Positions 10,803 to 21,100 are shown, numbered from the stretch's first letter. The stretch is 64,000 nucleotides of DNA from Candidatus Latescibacterota bacterium (GCA_965226795.1 CBDDDZ010000004.1:576001-640000), one strand, 5' to 3'. The notes: generated by a model from the letters alone, not told the origin. Translations and numbers: made by a program.

Positions 10803-11801
10803 ATGGTAAAACTCGGTGTCTTCGGATGCGCGGGCATTGCGACCCATCAGCTGAGTTCCATCTGGGCCGGCAATCGCTTCGAATTGGTGGCCGGCGCGGA
10901 TGTCCGCCCGACGCAATTCGATGTATTCAGGAAAAAATTCGACATGCGGCACGGGTACACCGACTACCGGGTTCTGCTTGCCGAGGCCGATATTGAAGCC
11001 GTCATGATCTGCACGCCCACCTTCCTCCATCCGGAAATGGCCATCGCCTCCGCTGAGGCCGGCAAACATATCTTCTGCCAGAAACCTATGGCAATGAACT
11101 CTTACGATTGTTACCGCATGATCCAGACATGCCGCAAGAATAACGTCAAACTGCAGATCGGTTTTGTACGGCGTTTCGACAACGACTGGGGCACGGTCAA
11201 AAGAGTCGTCGAATCCGGCAGGCTGGGAAGTCCTGTTCTCTGGCGCCAGATCGCCGGGGGCTCGCCCCCGGGCAGCCCGTTTTTTATGGATCGCTTTCAG
11301 GGCGGCGGACCGATGATCGACGGAATGGTCCACAACTACGACTTCGCGGTCCACTGTTTCGGCCAACCCATGGAAGTCAAGTCCATGCCTATGAAAATTC
11401 ACCACACATCCACGGCATGGGATACGGGCACCGTCCTCGTCCGCTTCGAACGGGGCGATGCCATCATGTGTTCCTGGACCTGGGGGCTGCCGGCCGGCGT
11501 TCGCACCGTAGGTGGCACGGACATCATCGGTCCCAACGGCGTGCTCTTGTTTCCCGGAAACTACGATCCGAAAAAAGCCGAAGGCAAATACGACGCCGAT
11601 ACCCAGGGCGCCTATCTCCTATCCATGGCCGACGGCGAAGAGGAAGTCATCCCCTTCGAAAAGAAAAACATGTTTCGGGATGAGATGCTGCATTTTGCCG
11701 ATTGGGTTCAGAGTGGAGCCGAACCGCTCGTCACCGGAGAAGACGGCTTGTGCGCCACCCGGATTGCCGAACTCGCGCTCAACGGCGGCGGTCTGTATTA
11801 G
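10803..11801 (+). CDS. Gfo/Idh/MocA oxidoreductase
   Basis: GVFGCAGIA, CTPTFLH, CQKPMA, GGGPMIDGMVH. Confidence 0.88.
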   Translation: MVKLGVFGCAGIATHQLSSIWAGNRFELVAGADVRPTQFDVFRKKFDMRHGYTDYRVLLAEADIEAVMICTPTFLHPEMAIASAEAGKHIFCQKPMAMNSYDCYRMIQTCRKNNVKLQIGFVRRFDNDWGTVKRVVESGRLGSPVLWRQIAGGSPPGSPFFMDRFQGGGPMIDGMVHNYDFAVHCFGQPMEVKSMPMKIHHTSTAWDTGTVLVRFERGDAIMCSWTWGLPAGVRTVGGTDIIGPNGVLLFPGNYDPKKAEGKYDADTQGAYLLSMADGEEEVIPFEKKNMFRDEMLHFADWVQSGAEPLVTGEDGLCATRIAELALNGGGLY

Positions 11802-11948
11802 ACCAGAGAGCGTGAAATGTTTGAACGGATTTACTTCGATCGTGGGGGCGCTGGCACACAGCGCAAGCCCGCTGTTCGCCGACACGGTGAAGCCGGAAGC
11901 GTATGCCGCCGCGCTCGAGGAGAACAATTCCCCATCCGGGGCATCGCA

Positions 11949-13994
11949 ATGACCACTCGAACCATCCTGATGCTGGCCGTTCTCCTCTGTACGGCGCCAA
12001 CCCTGTATGCGCAGGGCAGCGAAACTCAACCGGACGTCGACTTCAACGGCGACGCAGCCGTCGACTTCCAGGATTTCATCCTGTTCGCGAGAGCGTTCGG
12101 CACGAATCAGACCCTTTACGACCTGGACAACGACGGGATTGTCGGCTTTAGAGACTTCCTGCTCTTTGCCCGGTCGTTTGGCCAGACCGACGCCCCAATT
12201 CCACATATCCGCAATATCGGCATCCCTGTACGTTCGGTAAACTGGGTCCGCCTCCATCCGGGCCGAAACAGCGAGGACCGCCCACGGGTGTACGTCACTA
12301 TGGGTCAACAGGCCGACAACCTGTTCGTCCTCCAGATCGACCCCGAAACCGGCGACTTCCACCAGTTCGTCTCCCCGGTACCCCGCTCGAACTACCCTAC
12401 CGCCACCCTGATGAGCCGGTCAGGACGCCTTTACATCGGTTCCGCGTATGCTGGCCATCTCCTCTGTTTCGATCCTCGACAGAACGCCCTTCTGGATCTG
12501 GGCGCCATCAACCCGGGAGCCGCCACTTTCCCATGCCAAATCGACGAAGATCAGAACGGTCGCATCTGGATCGGTAGTTATCCAGGAGCTGACCTTACGG
12601 TTTACGATCCAAAAACAGGCGAGTTCACACGCTACGGTCGCGTGTCCAGCCTCGACAAGTACAACTATCCCCTGGTCGCCCCTGACGGAAAAATCGCTTG
12701 CCGCATCTGGCCGACACGGCCGCATGTCGTCGTCTTCGATCCCACCACGAAGGAAAGTTTCCTTGTCGGGCCGATAACATACAAGGGCCAGGGTACGCTT
12801 ACTTTGGAAAGAAGAAGGGACGACAACCTCTACGTCATCACGTCGGACTACGGCAATTTCCAGATTTCCGGCAACGTAGGGATTCCCGTCACGAGTCTGC
12901 CGGGGCGCATACCCCGGCCCACGCTGCCCGACGGCAGCACTTTCTTTTTCGCGGACGCCCGCCAGCAGATCAATCGCACCCTCAGCATCCGCAGCCCCTT
13001 CGGCCGCGTCCGCTCTTTCGAACTTGACTACAGGGCCAGCGGCAGCGACGTCTTTTACGTTCATACCGGCCCGGACGGCCTCATCTACGGTTCCAGCATC
13101 CTGCCACTGCACCTCTTCCGCTACAATCCCGCCTCCGGTGATCTCGCCGACCTTGGCAAATGCTCCACTTCCGGCGGCGAAGCCTATTCCATGGCAAACC
13201 TGGAAGGTAAACTTTATATCTCCTCCTATCCGGCCGCTCGCATTTCCGTCTACGACCCTTCACTCCCGTATCACTTTGGTTCAGGCCCGGACGACAACCC
13301 TCGTGAGTTGGGTCGGCTGGACGACATCTCCTACCGGCCTCGCTCCACGCTCGCCGGTCCAATGGGCAGGGTGTGGATCGCGTCTGTACCGGACTATGGC
13401 CGGTGGGGCGGCCCTCTCGCCTATTACGATCCCGAGAACGATGCCAGAAAATCCTACAAGCGCATCGCGGGGGACGCGAGTTGTTACACCCTCGCTCATA
13501 TGGAGCGCCAGAATCTTATCGCCGTGGGCACCAATATCAGCGGCGGCAGCGGGACGGATCCCAGAGTCAGCGAAGCCACGCTCTTTCTATGGGACTACAA
13601 CGCCGAAGAAAAAGCCTGGGAGGGCACGATTGAAGGGCGAAGCGCACCCGTTTCGGTCTTCAATGCGTTGCTCGTTGGGCCCGACGGCCTGCTATATGGA
13701 ACAGTGCGGGGCGGAGGCCTCGATGAGCTCTTTGTGTTCGATCCCGACACCCGCGCCTTCATCCATCGAATCTCGCTGCCCGGTGGACGCCCTCTGGACC
13801 TGGGACTGCAGAACGGGCCTGACGGCAAGATTTACGGCTTCACCACGTCTCTCATCTACAGTCTCGACCCCTCCACCCGTCAGGTTGAGGAGATTCTCAG
13901 CGTGGAAGACGGTATCCAAATAGCAGGGCCGATTCTGGACAAGAAGATTTACTTCGCGACCGGCGTGGTGCTTCGGTCGGCCACCATATTCTAA
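11949..13994 (+). CDS. Secreted beta-propeller protein with N-terminal dockerin/EF-hand-like pair
   Basis: Signal peptide; DFNGDAAVDFQDF and DLDNDGIVGFRDF; repeated GPDGxxYG / YDP blade motifs. Confidence 0.72.
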   Translation: MTTRTILMLAVLLCTAPTLYAQGSETQPDVDFNGDAAVDFQDFILFARAFGTNQTLYDLDNDGIVGFRDFLLFARSFGQTDAPIPHIRNIGIPVRSVNWVRLHPGRNSEDRPRVYVTMGQQADNLFVLQIDPETGDFHQFVSPVPRSNYPTATLMSRSGRLYIGSAYAGHLLCFDPRQNALLDLGAINPGAATFPCQIDEDQNGRIWIGSYPGADLTVYDPKTGEFTRYGRVSSLDKYNYPLVAPDGKIACRIWPTRPHVVVFDPTTKESFLVGPITYKGQGTLTLERRRDDNLYVITSDYGNFQISGNVGIPVTSLPGRIPRPTLPDGSTFFFADARQQINRTLSIRSPFGRVRSFELDYRASGSDVFYVHTGPDGLIYGSSILPLHLFRYNPASGDLADLGKCSTSGGEAYSMANLEGKLYISSYPAARISVYDPSLPYHFGSGPDDNPRELGRLDDISYRPRSTLAGPMGRVWIASVPDYGRWGGPLAYYDPENDARKSYKRIAGDASCYTLAHMERQNLIAVGTNISGGSGTDPRVSEATLFLWDYNAEEKAWEGTIEGRSAPVSVFNALLVGPDGLLYGTVRGGGLDELFVFDPDTRAFIHRISLPGGRPLDLGLQNGPDGKIYGFTTSLIYSLDPSTRQVEEILSVEDGIQIAGPILDKKIYFATGVVLRSATIF

Positions 13995-14060
13995 CCCGTT
14001 TCAAGTGTGAACAATACCGGTATTCGCCGGTCGATGCCGGGATAGGTGGGCGTTTTTGAG

Positions 14061-14089
14061 TTGCATGGCCGCCTTTCAGGCGATATTGT
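14061..14089 (+). promoter_or_regulatory. Putative sigma70 promoter
   Basis: TTGCAT-17 nt-TATTGT upstream of a structured leader. Confidence 0.4.
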
Positions 14090-14270
14090 AGGGACTTGAG
14101 TCAGCATCGGTCATCCACCCGCCGGAAGACGAACGGGCAGATGACCGATTAAGCGACACCTCCTTCAAACAAACCACGGGCGACCCTCCCGCCACACCAG
14201 GACATCTGCGTTGGCGGACCTGTCTTTTTGTCTTTGTGACCGTATGTCACGCCTCACAGGGGTACACCGA

Positions 14271-15338
14271 ATGGCCCGCAAAGCCTCGACGAGAAAGCTC
14301 CGTATCGCCTTCATTGGCGCGGGAGGCATCGCCGGAACCCACATGCGTTGTTTCACGGAGATGGACGACGTGGAAATGGTCGCCATGGCCGATATCTCAG
14401 AGAAGGCCCTGGAACAGCGATCAAAAGAGTACAACATCTCGAACTGTTTTACAGACTACACGGCCATGCTGCGGAATATGAGACCCGAAGCCGTAAGCAT
14501 CTGTACTCCAAACGGCCTCCACGCTCCCACCGCCATTGCCTCGCTCGCGGCGGGTGCTCACGTCATTGTCGAAAAACCGATGGCCATGAATGCCCGTGAA
14601 GGGATGGCTATGCTCGACGCTGCCAGGAACCATCGGCGAAAACTCGTCGTCGGCTTTCAGCAACGCTTCGACCCGAAAACCCAATTCATCAAGAAAGCCG
14701 TGGACGGCGGCCGTCTGGGAAGGATTGTGTTTGGCCGCGTGCAGGCCCTGCGCAGACGCGGCATTCCCAACTGGGGTGTTTTCGGCCGGAAAGAACTCCA
14801 GGGCGGCGGTCCGCTCGTCGACATCGGCGTCCACGTACTGGAAGCCGTCCACTACGTCATGGGCTCACCCAGACCCGTCGCAGCCAGTGGAAATGTCTTT
14901 ACCTACCTCGGCAATAGAAAATCAGAAACGGCCTGCAGGTGGCCGGACTGGGATCACAAGACCTACACCGTAGAAGACCTTGCGGTGGGCCAGATCCGCT
15001 TTGACGACGGCGCCGTCATTCACGTTGAATCCAGCTTCGCCGCCCACATCCAGTCCGACGTCTGGAACTTCCAGCTTATGGGCGAAAAAGGCGGCGCCAC
15101 ATGGAATCCTCCGTCCATCGCCCGGGACGACAACGGATACATGGTCAATACCGAACCCGGCTGGCTGCCAAAATCTGATTTCGGTTCGGCTTTTGGCGCC
15201 AAACTTCGCAACTTTGTAGACCATGTCCTTCACGACAAACCCACTCTTGCACCCGCCGAACATGGCCTGATGGTCCAACAAATGATGGACGCCATTTACG
15301 AATCCGCCGAAAAGGGACGTGAAGTTGGCATCGATTGA
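14271..15338 (+). CDS. Gfo/Idh/MocA oxidoreductase
   Basis: FIGAGGIA, CTPNGLH, EKPMA, GGGPLVDIGVH. Confidence 0.9.
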   Translation: MARKASTRKLRIAFIGAGGIAGTHMRCFTEMDDVEMVAMADISEKALEQRSKEYNISNCFTDYTAMLRNMRPEAVSICTPNGLHAPTAIASLAAGAHVIVEKPMAMNAREGMAMLDAARNHRRKLVVGFQQRFDPKTQFIKKAVDGGRLGRIVFGRVQALRRRGIPNWGVFGRKELQGGGPLVDIGVHVLEAVHYVMGSPRPVAASGNVFTYLGNRKSETACRWPDWDHKTYTVEDLAVGQIRFDDGAVIHVESSFAAHIQSDVWNFQLMGEKGGATWNPPSIARDDNGYMVNTEPGWLPKSDFGSAFGAKLRNFVDHVLHDKPTLAPAEHGLMVQQMMDAIYESAEKGREVGID

Positions 15339-15527
15339 GTCGGTGCGCGGGTCAGCGATTCGCGTTCCTGGTCCAGGGGCTGAACGAAGGACGACGGATC
15401 GACGCTTTTCTTGAACCATCTATTACAACGGATTCAACGAGGACGACGCCTCTTACGGAGAGGCGGAATTCGATCCGTTCGGACATCAAAATACCTTTTT
15501 CACTTCCCATACGGCATGGAAATACCG

Positions 15528-16919
15528 ATGAATACCGATGACCTCGTGGCCGCATCGCGCCACCTCTGGCAGAACTATTTCCACGGCGCGCAGCCCGAAA
15601 AACGACCAATGACGATTACCCATGGCAAAGGCCTCTACATTTACGACGCCGAGGGTAACGAATACCTGGACACCTTTGCCTCCCTGCTCACGACGCTGTG
15701 CGGCCACGGTCGATCGGAAGTCATCGGCGCGGTCAACAGACAGATGGGGAAATTGGCCTACTTTCCCGGCGGCCAGGACTACCTGATCGAGCCGGCTGTC
15801 AGACTGGCCGCAAAGTTGGCCGAAATCGCCCCTGAAAACCTCTCCGTCTCATTCCTTGTTAACGACGGCTCGGAAGCCAATGAGGCGGCCATTAAACTGG
15901 CGCGCAGCTATTACTGGGCCAAAGGCGAAAAAAACCGCTTTAAGGTCATATTTCGCAGGGGTTCGTATCACGGCGCCACCCTCGGCGCGCTCTCGGCCAC
16001 CGGTCTGGCCGGCACACGCGAGCCCTATGAACCGCTACTGCCGGGGTTCACCCATGCCATGCCGGCGCATTGTTACCGCTGTGAACTCGGCCTGGATCCG
16101 GACACCTGTGCGCTGGCCTGCTTCAAGAATCTGGTCTCCATTCTGGAATGGGAGGGACCCCAATCCGTCGCCGCCGTCATTATGGACCCAATCCCCGGCT
16201 CCAACACGGGATTTTCCCTTCCCCCCGATGGATATCTCAAGGGCGTGCGCGACTTGTGCAACAGGCATGGCATCCTGCTTATTTTCGATGAAGTTCAGAC
16301 CGGGTTCGGCCGCACCGGAAAGATGTTCGCCTGTGAGAACTGGAACGTCGCGCCTGACATTATGACCGTCGCGAAGGGTATCTCCGGTGGTTATCTGCCC
16401 ATCGGCGCCGCCATTGCAACGGAGGAGATCGCTGAAACCATTCGAAGGGCCGGCACGGGATTCCGTCACATCCACACCTTTTCCGGCCACGCAGCCGCCT
16501 GCGCGGCCGCACTGGCCCATATAGAAATCATCCAGAACGAGAACCTCGTGCAACGCGCCGCCGAACTGGGCGATTATCTCCAGAAACGGTTGGAAGAACT
16601 CTGCCAGTATCCTCTGGTGGGAAGTATTCGCGGTCTCGGGACCCTCTGGGCCGTCGAACTCGTGGCGAACCGGGAAACCAGGGCGCCTCTGGACCCTCCC
16701 GGAAAAGCGGGCAGCTTTATCGCCGATTACTGCCGGAAATCCGGCGTGATCCTGCGCAACAACGGCGACATCCTTGTCCTGGCGCCCGCCCTCGTGATGA
16801 CCTTCGCGCAGGCAGACAGGATTCTCAATCTGCTGCATAGCGCCATAGATTCGGCGATGAGTCATTGTGAACAAAGAGCAGACGGCCTTCAGTGGATCAC
16901 GGAAGCGTCCGGGAATTAG
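15528..16919 (+). CDS. Class III aminotransferase (omega-amine/taurine-pyruvate type)
   Basis: GSEANEAA, SYHG, FDEVQTGFGRTG, AKGISGGYLP. Confidence 0.9.
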   Translation: MNTDDLVAASRHLWQNYFHGAQPEKRPMTITHGKGLYIYDAEGNEYLDTFASLLTTLCGHGRSEVIGAVNRQMGKLAYFPGGQDYLIEPAVRLAAKLAEIAPENLSVSFLVNDGSEANEAAIKLARSYYWAKGEKNRFKVIFRRGSYHGATLGALSATGLAGTREPYEPLLPGFTHAMPAHCYRCELGLDPDTCALACFKNLVSILEWEGPQSVAAVIMDPIPGSNTGFSLPPDGYLKGVRDLCNRHGILLIFDEVQTGFGRTGKMFACENWNVAPDIMTVAKGISGGYLPIGAAIATEEIAETIRRAGTGFRHIHTFSGHAAACAAALAHIEIIQNENLVQRAAELGDYLQKRLEELCQYPLVGSIRGLGTLWAVELVANRETRAPLDPPGKAGSFIADYCRKSGVILRNNGDILVLAPALVMTFAQADRILNLLHSAIDSAMSHCEQRADGLQWITEASGN

Positions 16920-16985
16920 AGACCGGACCGCCACCCGACCCCGCGTGGCGCCGCCTCTCCCTTCCTGCCGCGGGAGAAAAACCCA

Positions 16986-17984
16986 ATGATGCCTCACAAA
17001 GGAAAATGCCTCGAGATGCTCCGACGGATGTACCGTATCCGCTTTTTCGAGGAGCAGGTGAGAACTCACTACGACTATACCAGCTATCTTCGCGAAAATC
17101 CAGAAAGCGAAGGGGTCATCTCTGGCGCGGCCCACTTGGCTATCGGCCAGGAAGCCGCGGAGGTCGGTGTCTGCGCCACACTCGAACCGGACGACTTCGT
17201 GGCCAGCACACACCGGGGTCATGGCCATGCCATTGCCAAAGGCGCAGATCTCAAGCCGATGATGGCCGAGTTAATGGGGCGGAAACGCGGGTACAGCGGC
17301 GGATGCGGAGGCTCCATGCACATCTTCAGTACCGAACTCGGACTGATTGGAGGCAACGGAATCGTGGGCGCTCAAATCCCCATCGCCACCGGCGCGGCTT
17401 TCTCCGCCAAATACCGTGGAACACGTCAGGTGGCCGTCGCTTTTTTCAGTGAGGGGGCCGCCAATCAGGGCGCGTTTCACGAAGCCCTTAACATGGCCGC
17501 TCTCTGGAACCTGCCAGCGGTCTACGTCTGCGAAAATAACCTCTACGCCGCCACCACGCCCGCTTCCATAACGCTCTCGCCTCCCGATGTTGCCGCCAGG
17601 GCGGCCGCTTATGACATGCCGGGCTTCATCGTAGATGGCCAGGACATCCTCGCGGTGTATCATATTGCGTCGGAGGCTGTTGCCAGAGCACGCGCCGGAA
17701 ACGGACCCACACTCGTCGAATGCAAGACCTACCGCTTTGTGAGCCACGCAGGCGGCGGCAAATCCGCCCACAACAACCCGGAGGAGCTGGAAACCTGGAG
17801 ACGCAAGGACCCGATCGTCCTCTTCGAACGCAAGCTCACTGGCGCCGGATTCCTCACTGTCGGGGAGAAACAGACCATCATTTCCGAAGCCAGAGCTGCA
17901 GCGCGCGAGGCCGTCGTCTACGGCAAACAATCACCCTATCCTGAATTCGAAGATATGCCTGTCACCTCAGGGGTCGCGCTTTAG
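16986..17984 (+). CDS. TPP-dependent dehydrogenase E1 alpha subunit (acetoin/pyruvate dehydrogenase-like)
   Basis: HLAIGQEA, STHRGHGH, GGSMH, EGAANQG...CENN. Confidence 0.9.
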   Translation: MMPHKGKCLEMLRRMYRIRFFEEQVRTHYDYTSYLRENPESEGVISGAAHLAIGQEAAEVGVCATLEPDDFVASTHRGHGHAIAKGADLKPMMAELMGRKRGYSGGCGGSMHIFSTELGLIGGNGIVGAQIPIATGAAFSAKYRGTRQVAVAFFSEGAANQGAFHEALNMAALWNLPAVYVCENNLYAATTPASITLSPPDVAARAAAYDMPGFIVDGQDILAVYHIASEAVARARAGNGPTLVECKTYRFVSHAGGGKSAHNNPEELETWRRKDPIVLFERKLTGAGFLTVGEKQTIISEARAAAREAVVYGKQSPYPEFEDMPVTSGVAL

Positions 17985-18052
17985 CACGTGTGCAAGTGTT
18001 CCCATCCGGATAGGTCAACCTGAACTCGCATTAGACATTTGGAGGCCGTTCA

Positions 18053-19015
18053 TTGCCCCACGTCACGTACGCCCAGGCCATTAATGACGCCATTCGAGAA
18101 GAGATCGCCCGCGACGAGCGTGTCTTCACCATCGGTGAGGATATCGGTCCGGTCCGCGATCCTGAAAGACTCTGGGACCAGTTCCGCAAACGCCGCACGT
18201 GGCAGACGCCCATATCCGAATCGGGCTTTGTCGGATTGGCGGTCGGCGCCGCCATGACCGGCCTGCGTCCGGTCGCCGTCATCATGTATTGTGACTTTGT
18301 CACCGTTTGCATGGATCCCATTGTCAACCAGGCTGCCAAAATCCATCTGATGTCCGGCGGCAACGTCAATGTCCCGCTGGTGATCCGTACTCCTGGCGGC
18401 GCCGGCACGCGGGAGGCCGGTCATCACAGCCAGAGCCTCGAGAGTTGGTTCGTGCATACTCCGGGACTGAAGGTGGTAATGCCGGCCACGGCCGCCGACG
18501 CCAAGGGCCTGATGAAATCCAGCATCCGCGACGACGGCCCGGTTGTTTTCATTCAGCACCGACTGCTGGGCGAAATCGAGCAGGCCGTGCCGGAAGGCGA
18601 TCACGTCGTTCCCCTGGGTACGGCCGACGTCAAACGCAAGGGCGTCGATGTTACCGTTGTCGCCATCTCCTACGCGTTGCCGAAGACACTTCAAGCGGCT
18701 GAATTCCTGGACGCGGAGATCAGCGTCGAAGTGATCGACCCCCGTACACTGGTCCCTCTGGATGTGGACACGATTCTGCGTTCAGTAAAAAAGACCGGCC
18801 GCCTCCTGGTTGTACACGACGCGCCGGCGCGGGGTGGTGTCGGTGCGGAAGTCGTCCGCCAGGTTGCCGAACGGGGTTTTGAACACCTTCGCAAACCCCC
18901 TAAGGTTCTTGGCGGCCTGAATACGCCAATGCCGTACAGCGCCTCGCTCGAAGATGCCTGTCTGCCTCAGCCTGAGGACATCGCCAACACGATCAGAAAC
19001 TGCGTGCGTGGTTAG
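18053..19015 (+). CDS. TPP-dependent dehydrogenase E1 beta subunit
   Basis: GEDIG, TPISESGF, HHSQSLE, EVIDPRTLVPLD. Confidence 0.9.
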   Translation: MPHVTYAQAINDAIREEIARDERVFTIGEDIGPVRDPERLWDQFRKRRTWQTPISESGFVGLAVGAAMTGLRPVAVIMYCDFVTVCMDPIVNQAAKIHLMSGGNVNVPLVIRTPGGAGTREAGHHSQSLESWFVHTPGLKVVMPATAADAKGLMKSSIRDDGPVVFIQHRLLGEIEQAVPEGDHVVPLGTADVKRKGVDVTVVAISYALPKTLQAAEFLDAEISVEVIDPRTLVPLDVDTILRSVKKTGRLLVVHDAPARGGVGAEVVRQVAERGFEHLRKPPKVLGGLNTPMPYSASLEDACLPQPEDIANTIRNCVRG

Positions 19016-19187
19016 TCCTATTCGGTAAAAGACGCCGGAAGCCTCCTCTACACCCTCTCACGTCAGCACCCCCTCCTCGAACTTCGGCGAACGCAACAAC
19101 CCCCATTCGCTACGTTGCCGCCGCAGATCCATCCGCAAAATGCGTCCGTCGCCCGTGCGCCCACACTCTCAGAAAGCGGGTGTGAAG

Positions 19188-19270
19188 GTGGGGCAGACAT
19201 TCCTGTCTGGCCGCGTCACACAGCATCCCCCGTCATGGAGAATCAGGGCAGGTTTGAAACCTGCCCCTAC
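19188..19270. repeat. Two REP-like palindromes in inverted arrangement
   Basis: GTGGGGCAGACATTCCTGTCTGGCC (19188-19212) and, on the minus strand, GTAGGGGCAGGTTTCAAACCTGCCCT (19245-19270). Confidence 0.65.
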
Positions 19271-19396
19271 GGTCGGACCGTCGAGCCCGAATTGGAACTT
19301 TTCATCGGAACTGACTTGGGAATCTTCGACTCCGATCAGAATGATGGTTCGGCCGATCGGCAGGTTTTTGAAATCCGCCACATTCTTCACCCGAAC

Positions 19397-19435
19397 TGTC
19401 ATCCTGAGGAAGCCGCCAGGCTGACGAAGGATCTC
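19397..19435 (+). repeat. Small intergenic repeat of the TGTCATCCTGAG...GAAGGATCT type
   Basis: TGTCATCCTGAGGAAGCCGCCAGGCTGACGAAGGATCTC, hairpin-forming. Confidence 0.5.
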
Positions 19436-19562
19436 CTGCGGCATTGGATGATGGCCCAGCGTCTGTCATTCGTCACCACCTGACAGGCAGCACCAAAGCT
19501 GCCTTTTTGCAGCGGCGGCATCCATCCGCGCGAAGCAGGCAGACGGATAGGCGCCCGCACCC

Positions 19563-19587
19563 TGAGCCTGTCGAAGCGTCGGCGAAG
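19563..19587 (+). repeat. TGAGC(C/T)TGTCGAAG-type intergenic repeat, copy 1
   Basis: 23/25 identical to 27814-27838. Confidence 0.65.
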
Positions 19588-19728
19588 GGTGGTCCCTGAA
19601 CCCGTCGTAGGGTAGCCGAGACACGGTCCAATCACTCGCTCATTGAGGAGGAGTCGGAGAAGCCGAGCCCACCGGCAACGGCTCGACAAGCCAAAATCGG
19701 GTGTGGCGATGATCGATTCTTGGTATCT

Positions 19729-19756
19729 GTAGGGGCGACCGGCCGGTCGCCCCTAC
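19729..19756. repeat. Perfect 28-bp GTAG-type REP palindrome
   Basis: GTAGGGGCGACCGGCCGGTCGCCCCTAC is its own reverse complement. Confidence 0.8.
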
Positions 19757-20209
19757 GTCTCGTTACGCCCTCACCGGCCCTGCCGCGTCACGCAGCCGCC
19801 GCCGCTGGGGAGGGTCACCACAGCGAATTCATCCACGGGTCCGACGTCAATAAACCGGCTTGACGTTCATCTCTTGCGAATAAAGAAAATCACGTGAATC
19901 ACTACGAATTTGTAGATCAAAAATCAAAAAGTATATAAAATAAGCACTTGTATAAATTAAATTCATTTATCACATTACGGGTTCTGCCTTTTGCGGTTTG
20001 TTGGAAGAGCACTTATTCTCATTGACCACGACGTATCACGACTAATTTACCGTCGGTTCCCTGGCCGGCCTGCGTCGAAGACCGACGGTTATCCTGGAAG
20101 GCGCACATCCCTTCTTGTCCCGCGGCGCTAACGCGCCGTGAGATTGGGTGCGGCCCTTGCCAATTGGAAGGTACCCTGGTATGCCTCGCGCGGCTTCGCT
20201 TTGCTTCGC

Positions 20210-20414
20210 CAACGCCGGCGCTTGCCCTTCACCAACACCTCTGCATCGGGAACCTGTTTGGACAGGTCGGCAACATGCGCCTTGACCTTCGATGCCTTCA
20301 TCCCGTTCTGTCCAGACGTCGCTACAGATGCATCCATCATCGTTCAGCGCTCCTTCGCCCTCTACATTGCTCTCTAATTATTATGGGGGAAATTGTCTCA
20401 TTAATATAGGCACA
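20210..20414 (-). mobile_element. IS3-family remnant (left end and truncated OrfA)
   Basis: Minus strand begins TGTGCCTATATTAATGAGACA; ORF has VPDAEVLVKGKRRR like IS3 OrfA N-termini, then breaks down. Confidence 0.5.
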
Positions 20415-20985
20415 GAGGGCGCAACCGACGCCATCTTCGCCGGCCTCCATGGGTAGATCCGGCAAGAATGGAAGTCCGACATGCCGGCAATGATAACGGT
20501 CAATTCTCCAAAGGAGGTAAATCATGCCGGAAATAAGGAAAAGCTTTGTCGTCTTTTTTTTTCCGGGTTTTCCACGGTCGTCTCTCTGTCCTCGGTACGG
20601 GCCTCGATCGAATTGCCACCTGAAATGATGGCCGATAAATACCTGATCAAGGCGTAACAGCTACAGGCAGAAAGGGACTATGCGGGCGCCATCAAGGTGA
20701 TGGAAGAGATCATCGCCCTTCAGAAGCGGCACAATTTCAAGTTGCCGGACGGCTTTCACTTCAAGTATGCGCGAATAGCCCTTTCTGCAGGTTCGGCCAT
20801 GATCGCAATCGATTCGATCGGTAAGTATCTGGCAGCGACCGGGAGAGAGGGCGAGTTCTACAGGGACGCGTTAGCGCTATTGCTTGAGGCTGAAGCAACT
20901 TAGATCAGAGTCGAAGAAACCTGCACCGGCAAGCCACGAGGCTCCTCGTGCTGGAGGGAGCTGGCCAACCTTCCTCAATGGGACA

Positions 20986-21069
20986 ACGGTGACCTGGTCC
21001 GGCAACCGTTATGGCAGCTATTTCGTTGAGGAACAGACGGTGACCTGGTCCGGCAACCGTTATGGCAGC
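20986..21069 (+). repeat. 33-bp exact direct repeat
   Basis: ACGGTGACCTGGTCCGGCAACCGTTATGGCAGC at 20986-21018 and 21037-21069. Confidence 0.9.
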
Positions 21070-21100
21070 GTCGCGCACGGGCAGGGAACGCTGATCTGGG

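Noticed and set aside
14121..14140. CCGGAAG loop as SRP RNA
   Set aside because: Lacks the conserved CAGG...GGAAGGAAGCAG domain IV pattern
19115..19689. Short ORFs in the repeat-rich spacer
   Set aside because: They translate through REP-like palindromes and show no protein motifs
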